Below are positions 1 through 14,123 of a stretch of 64,000 nucleotides of DNA, piece after piece. Location of the stretch: assembly GCA_964035545.1 (NCBI GenBank), contig OZ037767.1, positions 31,450,628 through 31,514,627 of the forward strand, in the 5' to 3' direction. The notes under the pieces were generated by a model. The model saw only the letters and a program-made list of their open reading frames with translations. It was not told the origin of the DNA and did no database searches. Source of the DNA: Bugula neritina. Taxonomy: Eukaryota > Animalia > Bryozoa. Made by a program: the position numbers and the translations under genes. How positions within the stretch are numbered: position 1 is the stretch's first letter; every line of letters starts with the position of its first letter.

Positions 1-384
1 GGTGGGTAGAACCTAGTGGTGGATAGGGCCTACAGTGGTGGATAAATATTGATAGTAACCAGATCCTAGTTGTTTACTTCAACTATCTCTAAAGTTTTGG
101 CATGCTTATAACTTTTAACTGTTGAATCTAATTTTATTTTTACAGTTTTTTATGTGGGCAACTAAAGTACTTGGCTCTGGGCGTTGACTGACGTGGGACA
201 GGCCTGGGCCTCTTCATCTTACAGGACGTACTGTAATTCACCCACACACTCAACGTCAGTTTATAAAAATAAATACACAAAACTGACTTTTTTCTCAGTT
301 AGCAGAAAATTCTAGTAAAGAGTTAAAATAAGTTGATACGAGAAACTAGACTTTTAAATTCATAAAACCCCAACTGAAACATAC

Positions 385-664
385 CATCTGTGGAAGTGTC
401 GTGTTCGTCTGAGCAAACAGGATACAGGAGCGGATCTGCTGTGGAAAGTTCCCCAGCTGCCTGCTCATTGACAACAGAGTTTTCTGTTGACTCCAGTGAC
501 TGGGCGTACAGCTTCTTCTCATCCTCTCCATTATTTGAATCTATTTGTGATGTTGGGCTGAGTGTAGACCTCGGTGTAGCCTCAGATCCCGTGCTCACAG
601 AGGACTGCGTGTTGGTTACTACAAACTTTCTAATCATGCTTGACATAAAGTAGTTCTGCCCCAA
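385..664 (-). CDS. Possible exon of an uncharacterised Ser/Thr/Glu-rich protein gene running off the left edge
   Basis: ORF 323-664 is GC-richer than its surroundings and has disordered-protein-like composition. A good donor G|GTATGT follows 385. No recognisable domain, and I could not find a phase-compatible next exon. Confidence 0.35.
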
Positions 665-950
665 GTCTTTAAAGCAAAAGTTGCTGTCAATTCCACCTTT
701 CAGGCAGTAGTTTATTGAAAAGGTTCTACTTCTGCTCGGAGCTCATGATCAGCAAGACGGCAGCAGGCTGGTGTTAGAGTAATCGCAAATGTTAAAGTGA
801 ATGTTTCCAGATCGTCTTCAGTAAAGCTTCTATTTAATCTTAATCCGTCTTTCATACAGATTCCTACCTAATTATTCACTGCCTTTAATTCCTCGGGCCT
901 CTACTCAACTATTGATACCTCGCGTTGAACACAAACACTAAATCTCTTTT

Positions 951-985
951 TTAACCAATCACAGGGAAGCATGCTGATTGGCTTA
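951..985. promoter_or_regulatory. Inverted pair of CCAAT boxes (candidate NF-Y promoter element)
   Basis: TTAACCAATCA-N13-TGATTGGCTTAA, just upstream of the left-edge minus-strand ORF. Confidence 0.3.
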
Positions 986-3859
986 ACCGTTGAACGTGAC
1001 ACTTTGATTCCCATATAAAAAACTAGAAGCACAGTGGGGTGCACGACTTGGATGAAAGGAGTAAATACACTAATGATTACCAGAAAGCTGTCTGACACAA
1101 ACCCATACAAACATTCTTCCTAGATGAGTATCAAAACATTACAGGAAAAATAATTACCCCAAAACAAAAGGAAGTATCTCATTCGAGTTCTTTGTCTAAT
1201 CCAGCTTGCAACTATGAAATCGCTTCACAGTGCAACACCTATTAGTCTGTTAAGACTCAACAGCAGGTAATAAATGTATCACTTGCTATAGTCATAGCTA
1301 ATTAAAGAGACAAAGCACTTCTCCTCCAGGTAAGAGTGGTAAACATGACTCTTTAAGATATGATTGCAGTTTTCTGTCCAGTTAGTTCTCCAGTTTGATA
1401 CAAGTTGGTTGAGCTCAATTTAAGAGTAGAGTTGGCCATAAAAAAGCTGTTTTAGTTTGAACAAAAATTAAGCAGAGCTTTTCAAAGAGTTACCATCTAA
1501 AAGAGGAGCTGCATTCTAAATAAGCACTAAAGTTAGTCAAAAGCACTGAGGCGCTTTGCTAATTATTGGTTGTAGCTCAGTGACAAATTAATTTAATTAA
1601 TCTGTGGTGCACTTCAAACCTACTTTTTTGGTTTTAATTATCTCAAAGGTACAATGCAATGACATCTAGTCCATGCAATAAGCTATGAAATCTCCAAAAG
1701 AAACTTCTATATGAACTAAAATTTAAATGCTTTTTGACTAACTCTACTTACATTCTGTCCTAAATTCTGGGCAGTTTTGACTTCAGCCAATTAGAAAGTC
1801 AGTTACCAATTGCTGCTAAGAAAGCATATTTATAATAAGCTACAGTTCACTGATGAGGTCAGCTCCCCCCCCCCTTCCCCTCTTGAAAATTAATTATTCA
1901 CGGCATAGGCTATTGTTTCAAAGTGAGAAATTTGTTTTATAAAATATTGTTACTTGCTGAACAGTTTGAATAAAAAATAAGTTTATTACAAAATTTATTT
2001 TCTACGTTATGTGATATTGTTTTTTCATTACCAAAGGCTGGCAAAACAGTTAAATAGTCACCAATGTTCTTTTTTAGAAGCTAAATAATTTGTTTTGAAC
2101 CGAGAAATGGGAAAATAACTCACAACTTTAGTGCATGCTACTTATGAAATCATAAAGTCATTTAAAAATAATACATTAAATAAGAATGTACCATTATTTA
2201 ATGCATTACATAATAAAGCAATACCTATAAATAGTGCATTACATGATAATACATTATTAAGGCTACTCTGTGTACCAACTTACTATAATATATCAACCCA
2301 GTTTACACATCGGCATATTGTATATCAATGTATTATTGCAATTAATTTATCCTCATATTTTTTAATTTATATAATTTATTATACAATAAATTTATCAACA
2401 TAATTTTTTTAATGTGTCAACAATAATATCTGCTCAGGTGTCAACTGTACTGGGCAAATAATCAACTTTATTCAAATGTATTGGTGAAAGACAACTCCAA
2501 TTTCTTCACTCCACTATACCCCAATTCTAACAGACAGACAACAACTCCTGAAGCAACAAAGAATGACGTCATCGTACAAGAAATAATCAATTTGTGGTCC
2601 AAACGTAACAACATGTATTATGGGCACACCTTTTGTATGTGTGTGTATTGTGGCATTCAAATCTTTAAAATATCAATAGTGAATGATTCAAAAGGTCAAT
2701 AGTGTGTCACAGTGTGCACAATTCTCAAGGTCAAAAGAATGTCACGGGCTCACAATTTTCATGGTCATTTAGTGCTCAATTTTTCCGTCAACACTATAGG
2801 TGATTATTAGTTGACAATGCAGAGGCTGATTTGAAAAGAGTGTATATTAATTACAATTATAACTTATAGTTATCAAGTCTCAGTTAAGGCCATAACAAAT
2901 AATAATATATTAAAATATTATATTAAAACTAAAAATGGTAAAATTGGGAAAATTATGAACAATAAAATTATTTACTACTTTATACTATTACTGTGTTTTA
3001 TTATTTTAGACTACCGAAATAACCAATATTATTATATAGCTACATATTTTGTGTATTAACTCTAAATAAATGTTGATATGAAGCGATCATGAAGCTTATA
3101 CCTATACTGTCAATATTTGCGATGTACAGCTACCTATCCTGGTAAATAGGCATTCCCATAACCTGAAGGTATCAAAGCCTGTCTAAATGAAACAGTCTCA
3201 AGTAGCTACTGATTGTAAGCTGATAAATTAGACCTCATTGGTTAGCTGTGGTTATTTATTACTATTACATAACCTGAAGGCTCTGGTACAGTTGGTATTT
3301 ATATCTCTTATAAATTATAATTATATTATTTTAAGAGAAATTAGCTGAACCTATATTACCTATGAAATGCAATCACCCCACAACACTTGATATGATTAAT
3401 GATCACTCTTATTGGTAATTATTAGCTCTAGTGCTATTCTGCGGTCATTTATCAATCTAAGTTGTATGTTGCCACATTATATATACTTCCTTTTTACTCT
3501 TTCACCCCTTGAACCATGCAAATATTATTAGTTGATAAATAACTTCAACATGTTATAGCTGCTCATAACTGCAACTTGAAGCATGGATTAGGGATACTTT
3601 TCAGATAGAATTTAGTTCCTTATGTTAGGTCTCAATCATAGAGCAGTTTTTACAGCATTGCAATCTATCTCTTATAGTTCTGCTTCATTGAATGCTATGA
3701 CTTATCAAAGCTTGTAAAGGGAAGACAATTCTAATTCAACTAAATTCACTTTCAACTTTAATATAACTACTTATTTTAATAAACTATTACATACTTGACT
3801 GAAGTGCTACATCTAGTAGTATGGTATCATCATAAGTATTAAGTATTTAATAATAAACA

Positions 3860-4006
<147 letters not shown>

Positions 4007-6621
4007 CGTGTATGCATTACATAAAAAGTGTATTGGGTTAGTTAATTAGTTTTTACCGGAAAACTTATACTTCAAAGTATAGACAAGCTACTATGAATTT
4101 GCATTTTCATGATTAAACAAACCGATCAGCTCTCACCTTTGATCTGGTTTATTAATGTTTAGTTATTGTCAGAATGTGAGTTTAATTTATGAACCTACTC
4201 AGATATTTGACTGATTTATGTTACAGTAACATGTATCGCATGCATAATTTACTTCTACACACAATAATATATTAGATAGAGACTGGTTCAATGCTTGGAA
4301 TGCCCTGTGATATTGTAAAAAGTATATTGATTTTAGGTGCTAGTCTTCCATATAACATTAATTTTCAGTTATATAACCTCTCTCTCTCTTCTCATATACA
4401 TCTCTATTTGAATAAGCGCAATGTAAAAATCTAAGATAACAAATTACTTACCTTAAAATGACTGTAATGCAAAGATGTTTGTATTTACTGGTTTACACAT
4501 TATTTCTTTCATTCAAATATCAAATTATCGTCAATTATTTACTCGTCAATATAATTAGTAATATTTGAAATTTTACCTTCAGTATCGGATGGTCCGGTTA
4601 TCTGGGTATACATTTCAGAGTCGGCAATCAACACTTTGATTTTACAAGTTAGCTAAGGTAAAAGTTGCAGAGTAATCCAAATATGAATATATGACTATTG
4701 ACAGTTGTTCTGCTGTGATATTAGTTCTCACAGCTGATGCAAAGCAAAGATATAAAACTTTAAACACAAGCGAGTTAGAGATAGGGAAAAGATAGAAAGT
4801 AAGTGTTGGATATAAAGAAGTTGCTAGACTGAGAGAAAGTGTCACTCAGGGTAAGTGAGTGAGACTCAGAATGAGTGAGTGAGACTCAAAGTGAGTGTAT
4901 GAATGAAAGTTAGCGCTACATCTGCTTCTTAAGCTGTCCAGAGTTAAAATGAATATAAGATGTTATTTGTAGTCAAAGCACTCCAACAATACGATGAGAG
5001 ATAACGTGAATAGCTGCACCTGCCTAGGCCCACCCTTTGGTGTCAATTACAACTAATAATTTCTAGATTTATTGCATTGATAGAACTTAAACTCAAACAT
5101 GAATACAATAAATGCATATTGAGTGAGTTGAGTTGAATCAGGTGAAACCGATCAGATATATTGTGAGTGAGTAATGAGTAAACCATACAATACTTCTTCA
5201 GACTCAGTAAGTTCAGAAATGAATTAATAACAACTCTATTGTTTACGTAAATATATATAGTATCGAGTATAAATAGGAAATTGGAAACAACTTAAAATAA
5301 TTTAATGTTTCGTTGTATAATAGTTGTTGTTACCCAACAAGATCTAGGCCAACTATAAACCACTCTGCTATTGTACACATGCCATATGATCCTGAAACTC
5401 TGTGTATTGTAATTCAGTCAATTCTCTGCTGCTTCAGCAACATTGTGTTTTTAACAAGAAACTTTTCTCTTATAAAGTAATGCATAGTTTTCTAATAAAT
5501 ACTAGAATAAAATTTTATAGAGCTCTGCAAATGTTCGCTCTTAACTTGAACATTTTTTATTTTTATTTGATACGTTTCCAACTGTGGTCTTGTTTAAGTG
5601 ACGTTTTTCAATTCAAATTTGGCAAGGCTAAACTATGTGTAAGCAATTCCTTTACTTATTCCAAATAGTTGTTGCACCAAATTACAAGTTATTGAGGTTA
5701 CAGTCAACTGCTAATAGCCCTGTTTAAGAGGGAAGCCTTAACGGTTCTACTTCTCCTGGTAAACCAGAGACACCCAAACATCTATAAACTACATCTACTG
5801 TTATGTGCGGTGTTGGCAAAACTACTTGCCATTGTATATCTACAGACACAAATAATGTTATGATAAAGAAATTAACATGCTGTGGGGGTTGAACCTCTAC
5901 CGCAGTGTGAATGTGCCTGTATCCACTACAATGCAACGCTAATCTAATTTCTACACAAAGATTTTTCCCAAACGTCCTTGGTCAGGGCTTAGAAAACTTG
6001 AAAATGTAAACTAAATATGTCACATGTCACAGTTGAATATTAAATTGATCTTTTACCAATGAATTCCACTAAATGTTAATGAATTTTTAATATAGAATAA
6101 TATTTATAGTGAATATAAGTATTGCACAATAATTTCTCAAGAATGCCGAGAGGATATAAAGCTCTGTCATGTTTCATACAGACAGACGTAGATGTGTGTA
6201 GCTTAATGTGGCTTAATGTACAGCTTGACGTAACTGTACATAGCTAGACAGGATGTCCAACATGGCCACATGCAGTATTACTTGTAGTCTATAAGTGGTT
6301 ATTTGCTAGTAAACTTTAAAAGCGTATAATTTATCCTTAGTTGTTGTGCATAAGACATTTTTTAGCTCTATGCCATGTCTGCATTGATTCAAAATAAACT
6401 GAAATACAAGTTATAATTTATGACGGCACCATGATTTGTACAAATGTAGATTTAAATCTCGGTTCTCTTGCCAGTCATAAATGCAGCTTAACAGATAACT
6501 TGTTGTAAGGCATGTGTCACTGGTGAAACTTACATTCTTTTATTTTTTGACATTAGAAATCTGTTAATTTTACCTTAACTTTAAACAATCTCTATAATAT
6601 AATATAATAATTATTGCTATA

Positions 6622-6826
6622 CACTGCGTTTCCATTATCGCATTATGCGAATGGATTTTTTCATTCGGCTAATGGAAACAGTTACATCGGATGAAACTGT
6701 TTTCATTCGGCTAATGGAAACAGTTACATCGGATGAAACCGCAACTATAAGGTAATGCAAACCACAAACCACAAATAATCCTACGAAGCATTCATTCGCA
6801 TTATGCGCAGTCATGGAAACGCAGTG
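6622..6826. mobile_element. MITE (~205 bp), non-autonomous DNA transposon, possibly PIF/Harbinger-like
   Basis: Perfect 14-bp TIRs CACTGCGTTTCCAT...ATGGAAACGCAGTG. Subterminal palindrome TCGCATTATGCG at both ends. Internal ~41-bp tandem duplication. Flanks are ATA/ATT (imperfect 3-bp TSD). Confidence 0.75.
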
Positions 6827-9679
6827 ATTGGCTATTGTGATCAGCTTTTATATAATAGATTTCAGTAAAATATAATAACTTTAAATTCATTTGACCTAAT
6901 CAATGAACACACTTTATTACTAGTATAATCACAACTGTTAATTATAGGTCTCGTTTTACAAACTTTATTGCACTGCAAGGAAATGCACTGTAAAGGAAAT
7001 GAACTTTAAGTAAAATAGAATACAATTTGAAGCTATTAAGCTGACTTTGATGTCACATTCACCGTTCAAGTCAAGTGTTAAATCATGCAATGACAGCGGA
7101 TTGACAGCATTTAGCATTGATTCACTTGCCAACTGGCAGCATGCTTCAGTGACAACGCAACAAATCAATAAGTTCATATTCTGCTTATAAATATTAATTG
7201 GGTGAAGTTTTTCACTTGAAAGATACTGGACACTCGATAACTCATTTAGCTAAAAGCTGCTCTTTGTTTTTACAAGTGTAAATGAAACCTGATGGCAAAC
7301 AATACAGCATAATGTAGTTTACATAGTAACCCAGCCCTGCGTACCAACAGCAGAGTTAGCTTCTAGTCTGTAAGACTATCAGTATGGCAGCATAGCAAGT
7401 TCATAATGAATATTAAACATTGTGTATAATATAGATTAGAGTACCATAGAGTTACATCACAAAGTACTGTGAAATGCTAGGATAAGTGACTCAAAAAATT
7501 ATTATAACTATTGCGGTGTGACTGATATTTTTTTCACTCTATTTTACAGGTATAAAACCTTGACATGTGTTTAGCTTTTTGGGAATCTGTTGAACAAACT
7601 ATCACTCTGCTGGTAGTTTGTGTGCAGTGTGCTGTAGTCTATGCTAATAGTTTTAGTGCAACGACAGCAAATCAGGCTACAGTAAACTCTAAGAACTATT
7701 ATATAAGTAAGTCAGTTTGTCAGTTCATTGTTTGCTTACACGTGTAGTAGCAAGAGAGTTGGCACATTCTAATCAATTTCCAGTCAAACACAAATAAACC
7801 AACACCAATGCATACTGTATAGACGTATAGACTTATAGACTTACCAAATAAGACTTCTCCTCTATATCTGTCCATAATCAGTGTGCAGAGTTCAATTTAT
7901 TATCCTTTCGACTAGATTTGGTTGTTAGTTATTACAGATTAGCGTTCCCATGCCACACACGACGACATACGCTTTGCCCACCAGTGATTTATCTTTTGTC
8001 TTCTCTGTCAAGGGACACAGTTGGCTTCCGAGAAAGACAAAAGTGTTCATTCACTCGGCAATGACAAATCACTCTCTTGAATCAGTAGCTCCGGAGCAGT
8101 GCATACTTCAGTACCCTTTCCTTTCCAACTAATCAATATCAGATAGGCTTGTAGTGCAGCGGACAGCAACTCAAACAATGCACTTAATCTCAACACAGCG
8201 CAGCTCAGAATATTTACAAAAGGACAAGTTGTTGACAAATGTGTAATAAATGTGCTTGCTCAGTGTGAAGTTCGTGTCAGCTTTATAATTGTAATCAAGT
8301 ACCACTTATTTCGTTCCTTTATTTGCCCAGCAAACACAGTTAGCTGAGTAACATTGGATTAATTAAATAGCACTGTGATTCAGATGACTGCATCTAAAGT
8401 TAGTTTAGTTTCTTAAGTGATAGCAGCTAATAGTTGAGTAAAAATACTAAATCATTGAGAATAATCCAAGTTCACTCATTTTAACTTTGAAATAGAAGGC
8501 CCATACAGTCGGTTGCTGTTTAGAAGGCAAGCAGAGTGTGTAAAAATTTCAGATATGTGTGTATTCAAGTTAAAAAAAAGTGTTACCTCTTGCAGTTTAT
8601 ATTGTTATTTATATCAACTTTTTTGTTATTTATTTCAAATCTCAAGTATTAATTATTCTAAAATGGAAAAACTGAGCAAATTTTATAAGCAGCAGCATTT
8701 GCAGTTGAGAAATTTGTCAAAAACTTTGAGTCATTGTTACAAATTTAAGAAAAGCATATGGCAGTGGTTTTAAAAAAATACAAATGGCAAAATTCTTTCA
8801 TCTAATACATGAGACAAATTTAAATATGAAATATAAAAGTGTAAATAAAATATATATATATATAAATTGCAAAAAATGAATGTAAAATATATAATATAAA
8901 TATCAGTCAAAACTAAGTGTCAACAGTAGCATTATAATAACATAATATTTTCATAGAAAATGAACAAATTATGGAAAAGACAAATCCAAACAAGCAAGTT
9001 AATTTTATGCGCTTGTGTAACCAGCACTCTATATCTAGTCTGAATCCTTATCCAAAGCGACTTCTTTATAGCAAGATAGTTTTGAACTGAATTCATATGA
9101 TACAATATTACAGATCATTCTCAGAATGCAAATTAGCATTAATTTCACAACAATGAAAGCAATAACAAGGTATGCTAATTTCCAATACTTGCAATAAGTA
9201 AGTTTAGCTATCACATTGAACTGCTAAGGAATGCCAACAATAGACAAGCAAAATATGTGTGCACCAAAACTGATGACATCACAATCATTCTAGTTACACC
9301 ATCTCAATTAGAAAGCTGCTAACTTTGATAAAGTTTTGTAAATATTCTGTCAAATCTAAACATGTTTTTCGCCCAAGTTACAAAAAGTTTTCATAATACT
9401 AGCCACAAGGAGTTATTAGCCCAAAAAGTTGCTAACCAATTTTATGCGAGTTGTGTCAAGTCTGATCAAACGAATACTTCATCAGTGCGTTTAGTTCTAC
9501 TTTAAGTTGTATGTCCGTTCGAGTAGCGATTGCAATCAAAAATCATGACCTGTAATCCTGCTTTGATAAGCACATAGCTGGATCTTAAATACATAGTTAA
9601 CTATGTACTCGACTCTGAAGCCATGACTTTAAGCTACACTACTTAACCTCTTGGTAAGTTAATATTTAGATTTATTAAT

Positions 9680-10140
9680 TATGACAGTACCAGTAGTGTT
9701 TGCCACTATCTGGACCGTAGGGCATGGGAGCGTCTTGCGACACTAAGTACGATTAGACTAGATAACCTCAGTTGCATGAAAAGTTGAATCAACAACTTTG
9801 ATATTTACCTTTTAGCAACAGAAGTTAGTCTAGTTAAATCGTGTGATAGTAAACGTGCGTCAACAAACACACTCTGCCGGTACACGCGGTTTGCCCGACA
9901 TTAGTTTATTTGTCAGCGTATACAAAACGGTGTCTAACGATTGTATTTACTTTATTTAAAACTAATAATTATTTTTTGTACTAACATAATTACCTAAAAC
10001 ATATTAATAAATGTACGACGTCAGAATAAGTTTGTTTTATATTGTAAATTACAATATTTTTACAATTTAAACCTAATTTCTTGAAAAAGAAATGTTTTAT
10101 ACATGGGGAGAAAACCCCTAAAATTGATTTATGCGCACCG
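9680..10140 (+). mobile_element. Dispersed element 'A', copy 1 (core 9680-~9960 plus distal motif ATGGGGAGAAAACCCCTAAA at ~10103)
   Basis: Near-identical to the copies at 11197, 59664 and 60150. Starts TATGACAGTACCAGTAGTG. Confidence 0.8.
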
Positions 10141-10779
10141 TGGAGTCTGGTTTATATATAGCTGCCTAGCTGGAGATTGAAATAGGATAAATAATTGAGG
10201 ATGGTCCGAAAAAAGGATTGCATGACAGCACGACTTTGCAAGGAAGATTTGCCAGCCCATGTTACACAGCAGACACAGCTTAGAGAACATTGTGGTCTGC
10301 CATATTGCTGCAATTAGAAATTCCCCCTGAGTCTTAGGTGAACAATGTTGACAGTCATCTTAATAGTTTTTGAGAAGTTCAAGTGTTTCATGCAAAGTAA
10401 TCAAATGTTCTGGTTTTAGAACTAGTTAAGAATGTCTTAAGACTGCCCCTCCAACTTAATTAGACGCAGTTGTCATGTACAATAGTGGTAAATAGAGGAT
10501 AGATAAACTTTTGAGGACACACTTTCACCAGACAATGCTTATTATTTCTCAATAGATTTTACAGGATGACACTCATGCAAAAAATTTTCTGCTGCCGGAG
10601 CTCATTTATTATTTGTAGTATTTTGAAAAATTTACGATGCAAATACACCCACTTTTATATATGCCACAAGGCATATAGTTTATTTATTATATTAAAGCTA
10701 TATTAGGATCCTGTCACAAGAAGCGAGGCTAGCGTAATTGTAACCACAAAAATAAAACAAACTAGCAAGATAAGATATT

Positions 10780-11196
10780 CTTTAATGTAGCAGCTACTTG
10801 AAATAATATAGGTCTTGCATGGAAAGAGTTTTGTATTTATGGATGTTTTACTGTAAAGAAAGAAGTTATAGCCTGATATGGTTGGTCTGTGAGCAAGGAT
10901 GGAACATAGCCAGCTACTAAGACAATTGCTCTACTCTCAGCTGAATGACAGCAAACGAAACAGAGGGCGACCTAGACTGATGTTGCTAAGAGGAATATCA
11001 AATGGAGATCAATCAACTTGAGTTCCTGGCAACAGACGGCTGACAACAGAATTGCTGCATCCAAATTCACGAAACACTCATAGTCGTATCGACCTACTGC
11101 GATGGCGAGGTTGCCAATAGTTGGCACTTGCAATAAGTACCACCATACGCGCGCATGAGTATTATGATTACTGGAGTTTTATTTTGGTTTATAAAC
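10780..11196 (+). mobile_element. Decayed 3' end of an RTE-clade non-LTR retrotransposon (RT C-terminus plus 3' UTR)
   Basis: Frameshifted translation IGLAWKE ... RMEHSQLLRQLLYSQLNDSKRNRGRPRL / [24 protein letters not shown] fits the RTE C-terminal pattern (RM..RLP.QLLY..L..G.R..GRPR..W.D..KRD....I....W...A.DR). Confidence 0.75.
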
Positions 11197-11651
11197 TATG
11201 ACAGTACCAGTAGTGATTACCACTATCTGGACCGTAGGCCATGGGAGCGTCTTGCGACACCAAGTACGATTAGACTGGATAACCTCAGTTGCGTTGTAAG
11301 TTGAGTTAACAACTTTGATATTTACCTTTTAGCAACAGAAGTTAGTCCAGTTAAATCGTGTGAAAGTAAACGTGCGTCAATTTAAACACACTCTGCCGGT
11401 AGACGCGGTTTGCCCGAGACTAGTTTATTTGTAAGCGTACACAAAACGGTGTCCAACGAGCGCGTTTATTTTATTTAAAGTAAAAGATAAGTTGTTTTAC
11501 TTTGTAAATTATTTCAAATAAATATGAACTTATATTAGATTAAATTAAAATGTGTTTTAAGTTTTTTTACAACTAATAACAATTTAAATTAATTTTTATA
11601 ACTACAATACTAATTATATGTATGGGGAGACAAACCCTAAGTTATTGCGCA
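11197..11651 (+). mobile_element. Dispersed element 'A', copy 2 (core to ~11480; distal motif TATGGGGAGACAAACCCTAA at ~11621)
   Basis: Direct alignment by eye to copy 1. Confidence 0.8.
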
Positions 11652-14085
11652 CGCGAGTGATGTATTTCATAGCAGGTGATTTTAAAATTCAATGATTCGT
11701 TGAGCATGTATTAGGTAGGATAGTTCCAAACGTGCAAATCAATGGGATATTAGAAAGAGCATGACTCAACAAGTTGTATCCAGAATTTAATAAATTAGAG
11801 TTTACAAACTATACGGTATCTACAATGATCGACTTCTTATAGCTACAAACCTTAACTTCCTATTATGTACTCCAGGGTGAATATTTTAATTAGTATCCGA
11901 GAGAACACTAATTATTGAACTACCTTCCTTATGATTTGGCTGGTGAATATCCTGAATCACCATAATGAATGCCGTGTGTGAAATATAGAGCTAGTAGCAC
12001 TCAACTATGAATCATTTAGTATTTTTCACAATTGAGATGACAGAATGTCTTCTTTAATTAATTTATCTGTAAGAAGTAATTTTAATATAATATATATTAT
12101 TTTACAACATTTATTTATGAAAAATATGCCTAATGAATATTTTTGACAATTTGTGAATGAGTAAGTATTTTTACTGCTTGATTGATTTTTACATGCTGCT
12201 TCTCAACAATCATTTTGTCAACTTGCCAACAAAGTTAAAGCTTGGGAGTTGTCTTCTAATTAGGAAAACCCACTGATGGTATATCTCTATAGGTGTGCGA
12301 ACTAAGGAGAAGTAAACACCAACAGTTACAGTCTCCTACATATTATATTCTACTGAATAATTGTAGTCTTTAGAAATTGCCTGCCCGTGTATTTAAAGCA
12401 ATCCTGCCTATTTTTCCAATCTAAGATTCCATACTATACCACTAAATAGCTTCTCACTTGAATAACTGGAGTTCATGAAAAGTTTACAATTAAATTTATA
12501 TTTTAAAAACTGACTGCAAGCCTACACACACTTTTTCTTCATTATTAGTAACCACTATTTGTAATGGTAGAACCCTCATCCAGTGTGTAATGTGCCAGCA
12601 CTCAGGTAATGTAATATAATGTAATATTTAATATGATATGCAATATACATGTATAACAGCATAGTTCAACATAACGCTACGTATTACAACAATTACTGAA
12701 AAATGTGTTTAGCCTTTAATGTTCATCATTATAATATTAAATAATTATATACTAGTTACAAGCAGATACCTCCCAATTTCCTATTAATAATACATATAGA
12801 CTACAAAGATACATAAATCAAAAAATCACTTTAAATATATAGATATATGCATAAATAAACTATTCATACAAAATTATGCAACCTAATCTTGTACTAATTA
12901 TATTTGTAAAAGGTAAAAAGCTGAAGTTTAAAGCATGTTGTACAACTTGCAGTGTTTAACAAAGCTAAAACCTCAATAACATGCACTGGTCAAAGCTAAA
13001 GCCCGTGTAACATCACCAACCGGTAGCTAGTACAGTCACAGAGGAGAACAAAGTTGTAGTCCAGGTGGATATACTGCAGGAAATACTAAGCAGATCTGCA
13101 CCTGTAATACATACGAAGATGAAGGTAATTAGTTCACTCAGGCCAGGGGTTTCTAATAACAAGCAATGTGAAACTTTGTTTGTGTAATTATGAGGTGTTA
13201 TCACTGTAACTGATAGCATATCAGTATACAAAGAAACTTAACCTTTATATCATGCTATATTCTCTTTGATCTACTGCTTCACCAGTCATAGCTCATACCA
13301 ACGTCCTAAACTTATTAACTAACCCTGTATACCACTCATATCAGCTAAATAAACACCGCTAGGAGTAGCATGGTGAAATCACATACTTTCTTTTGGTGGC
13401 AAAATTAATTAATTAACTTAAACTGATGTTAATTTGATTTTATGCCACCTGTCTAAAAAGAATGAAGTTGTGGAGATTTGTCTTTTGAATAATAAAATGT
13501 TTAATAATTTGAATCAGTTAATTAATAGGAACAGCAATTAAACAACTTTTAAGCAAAATATTTTATTGAAGGACATTTTTTAGCTACTAATTACAAATTA
13601 ATAAACCCACTTTCCTTTACATAGCTTTACTTTCCATCATTCACTAAAACTGAATTAGTTGATATTCAACTTTAGTTTAATGATAGTTCAATTATAATTA
13701 GTTCAAAAGAATTTAATTAACGATTCTGCAGTAGGGTGTGCGGAGTGTTTGTATAGCTCTAATTTTAATAGAATTAAGTCAACCTTTCAGTTTGCACTTG
13801 GTAACCACTAAGCCTTCAGCTACTCGTATCTAATGTATCAATATTATGATACCGGAGTTCCTACTTGTGACAGGTCTTATGATTAATGGGCAGCAAGCGT
13901 AGCTTTCCTAATTAAAGTACATGATAAACATAGAGCTTAGGCTAAAAAGTAATAAGTTTTAGACCAATCGAGGCTAAGAATTGTGTTATTGTAATTATGC
14001 ACTAGTTGAACATTTTAGGATTAGGAATATAACAGATTAATTGCAAGTGAGGAGCTGAGAAGTGAGCTAATCTAACTTAAAGTAT

Positions 14086-14109
14086 ATGGAGACCGACACC
14101 AGCATTTGA
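14086..14109 (+). promoter_or_regulatory. Short upstream ORF (METDTSI*) just before the Frizzled start codon
   Basis: ATG GAG ACC GAC ACC AGC ATT TGA ends 14 nt before the ATG at 14124, in a different frame. It matters only if it lies in the transcribed 5' UTR. Confidence 0.35.
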
Positions 14110-14123
14110 ACTCAGCCTCAAAC

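Noticed and set aside
170-230. Small minus-strand exon (TSCKMKRPRPVPRQSTPEP) as the continuation of the left-edge ORF
   Set aside because: It reads open in phase 2, but the upstream donor at 385 is phase 1, which gives a stop after four codons. It cannot be supported without cDNA.
1845-1895. CTGATGAG...GAAA hammerhead-like core (also CTGATGAG at ~55853)
   Set aside because: The intervening sequence is poly-C and cannot form stem II. The second site lacks a suitably placed GAAA.
2415-2816. Imperfect inverted ends (TGTCAAC(T)AATAAT) suggesting an old MITE
   Set aside because: The match is short, gapped and AT-rich, with no TSD or second copy in the window.
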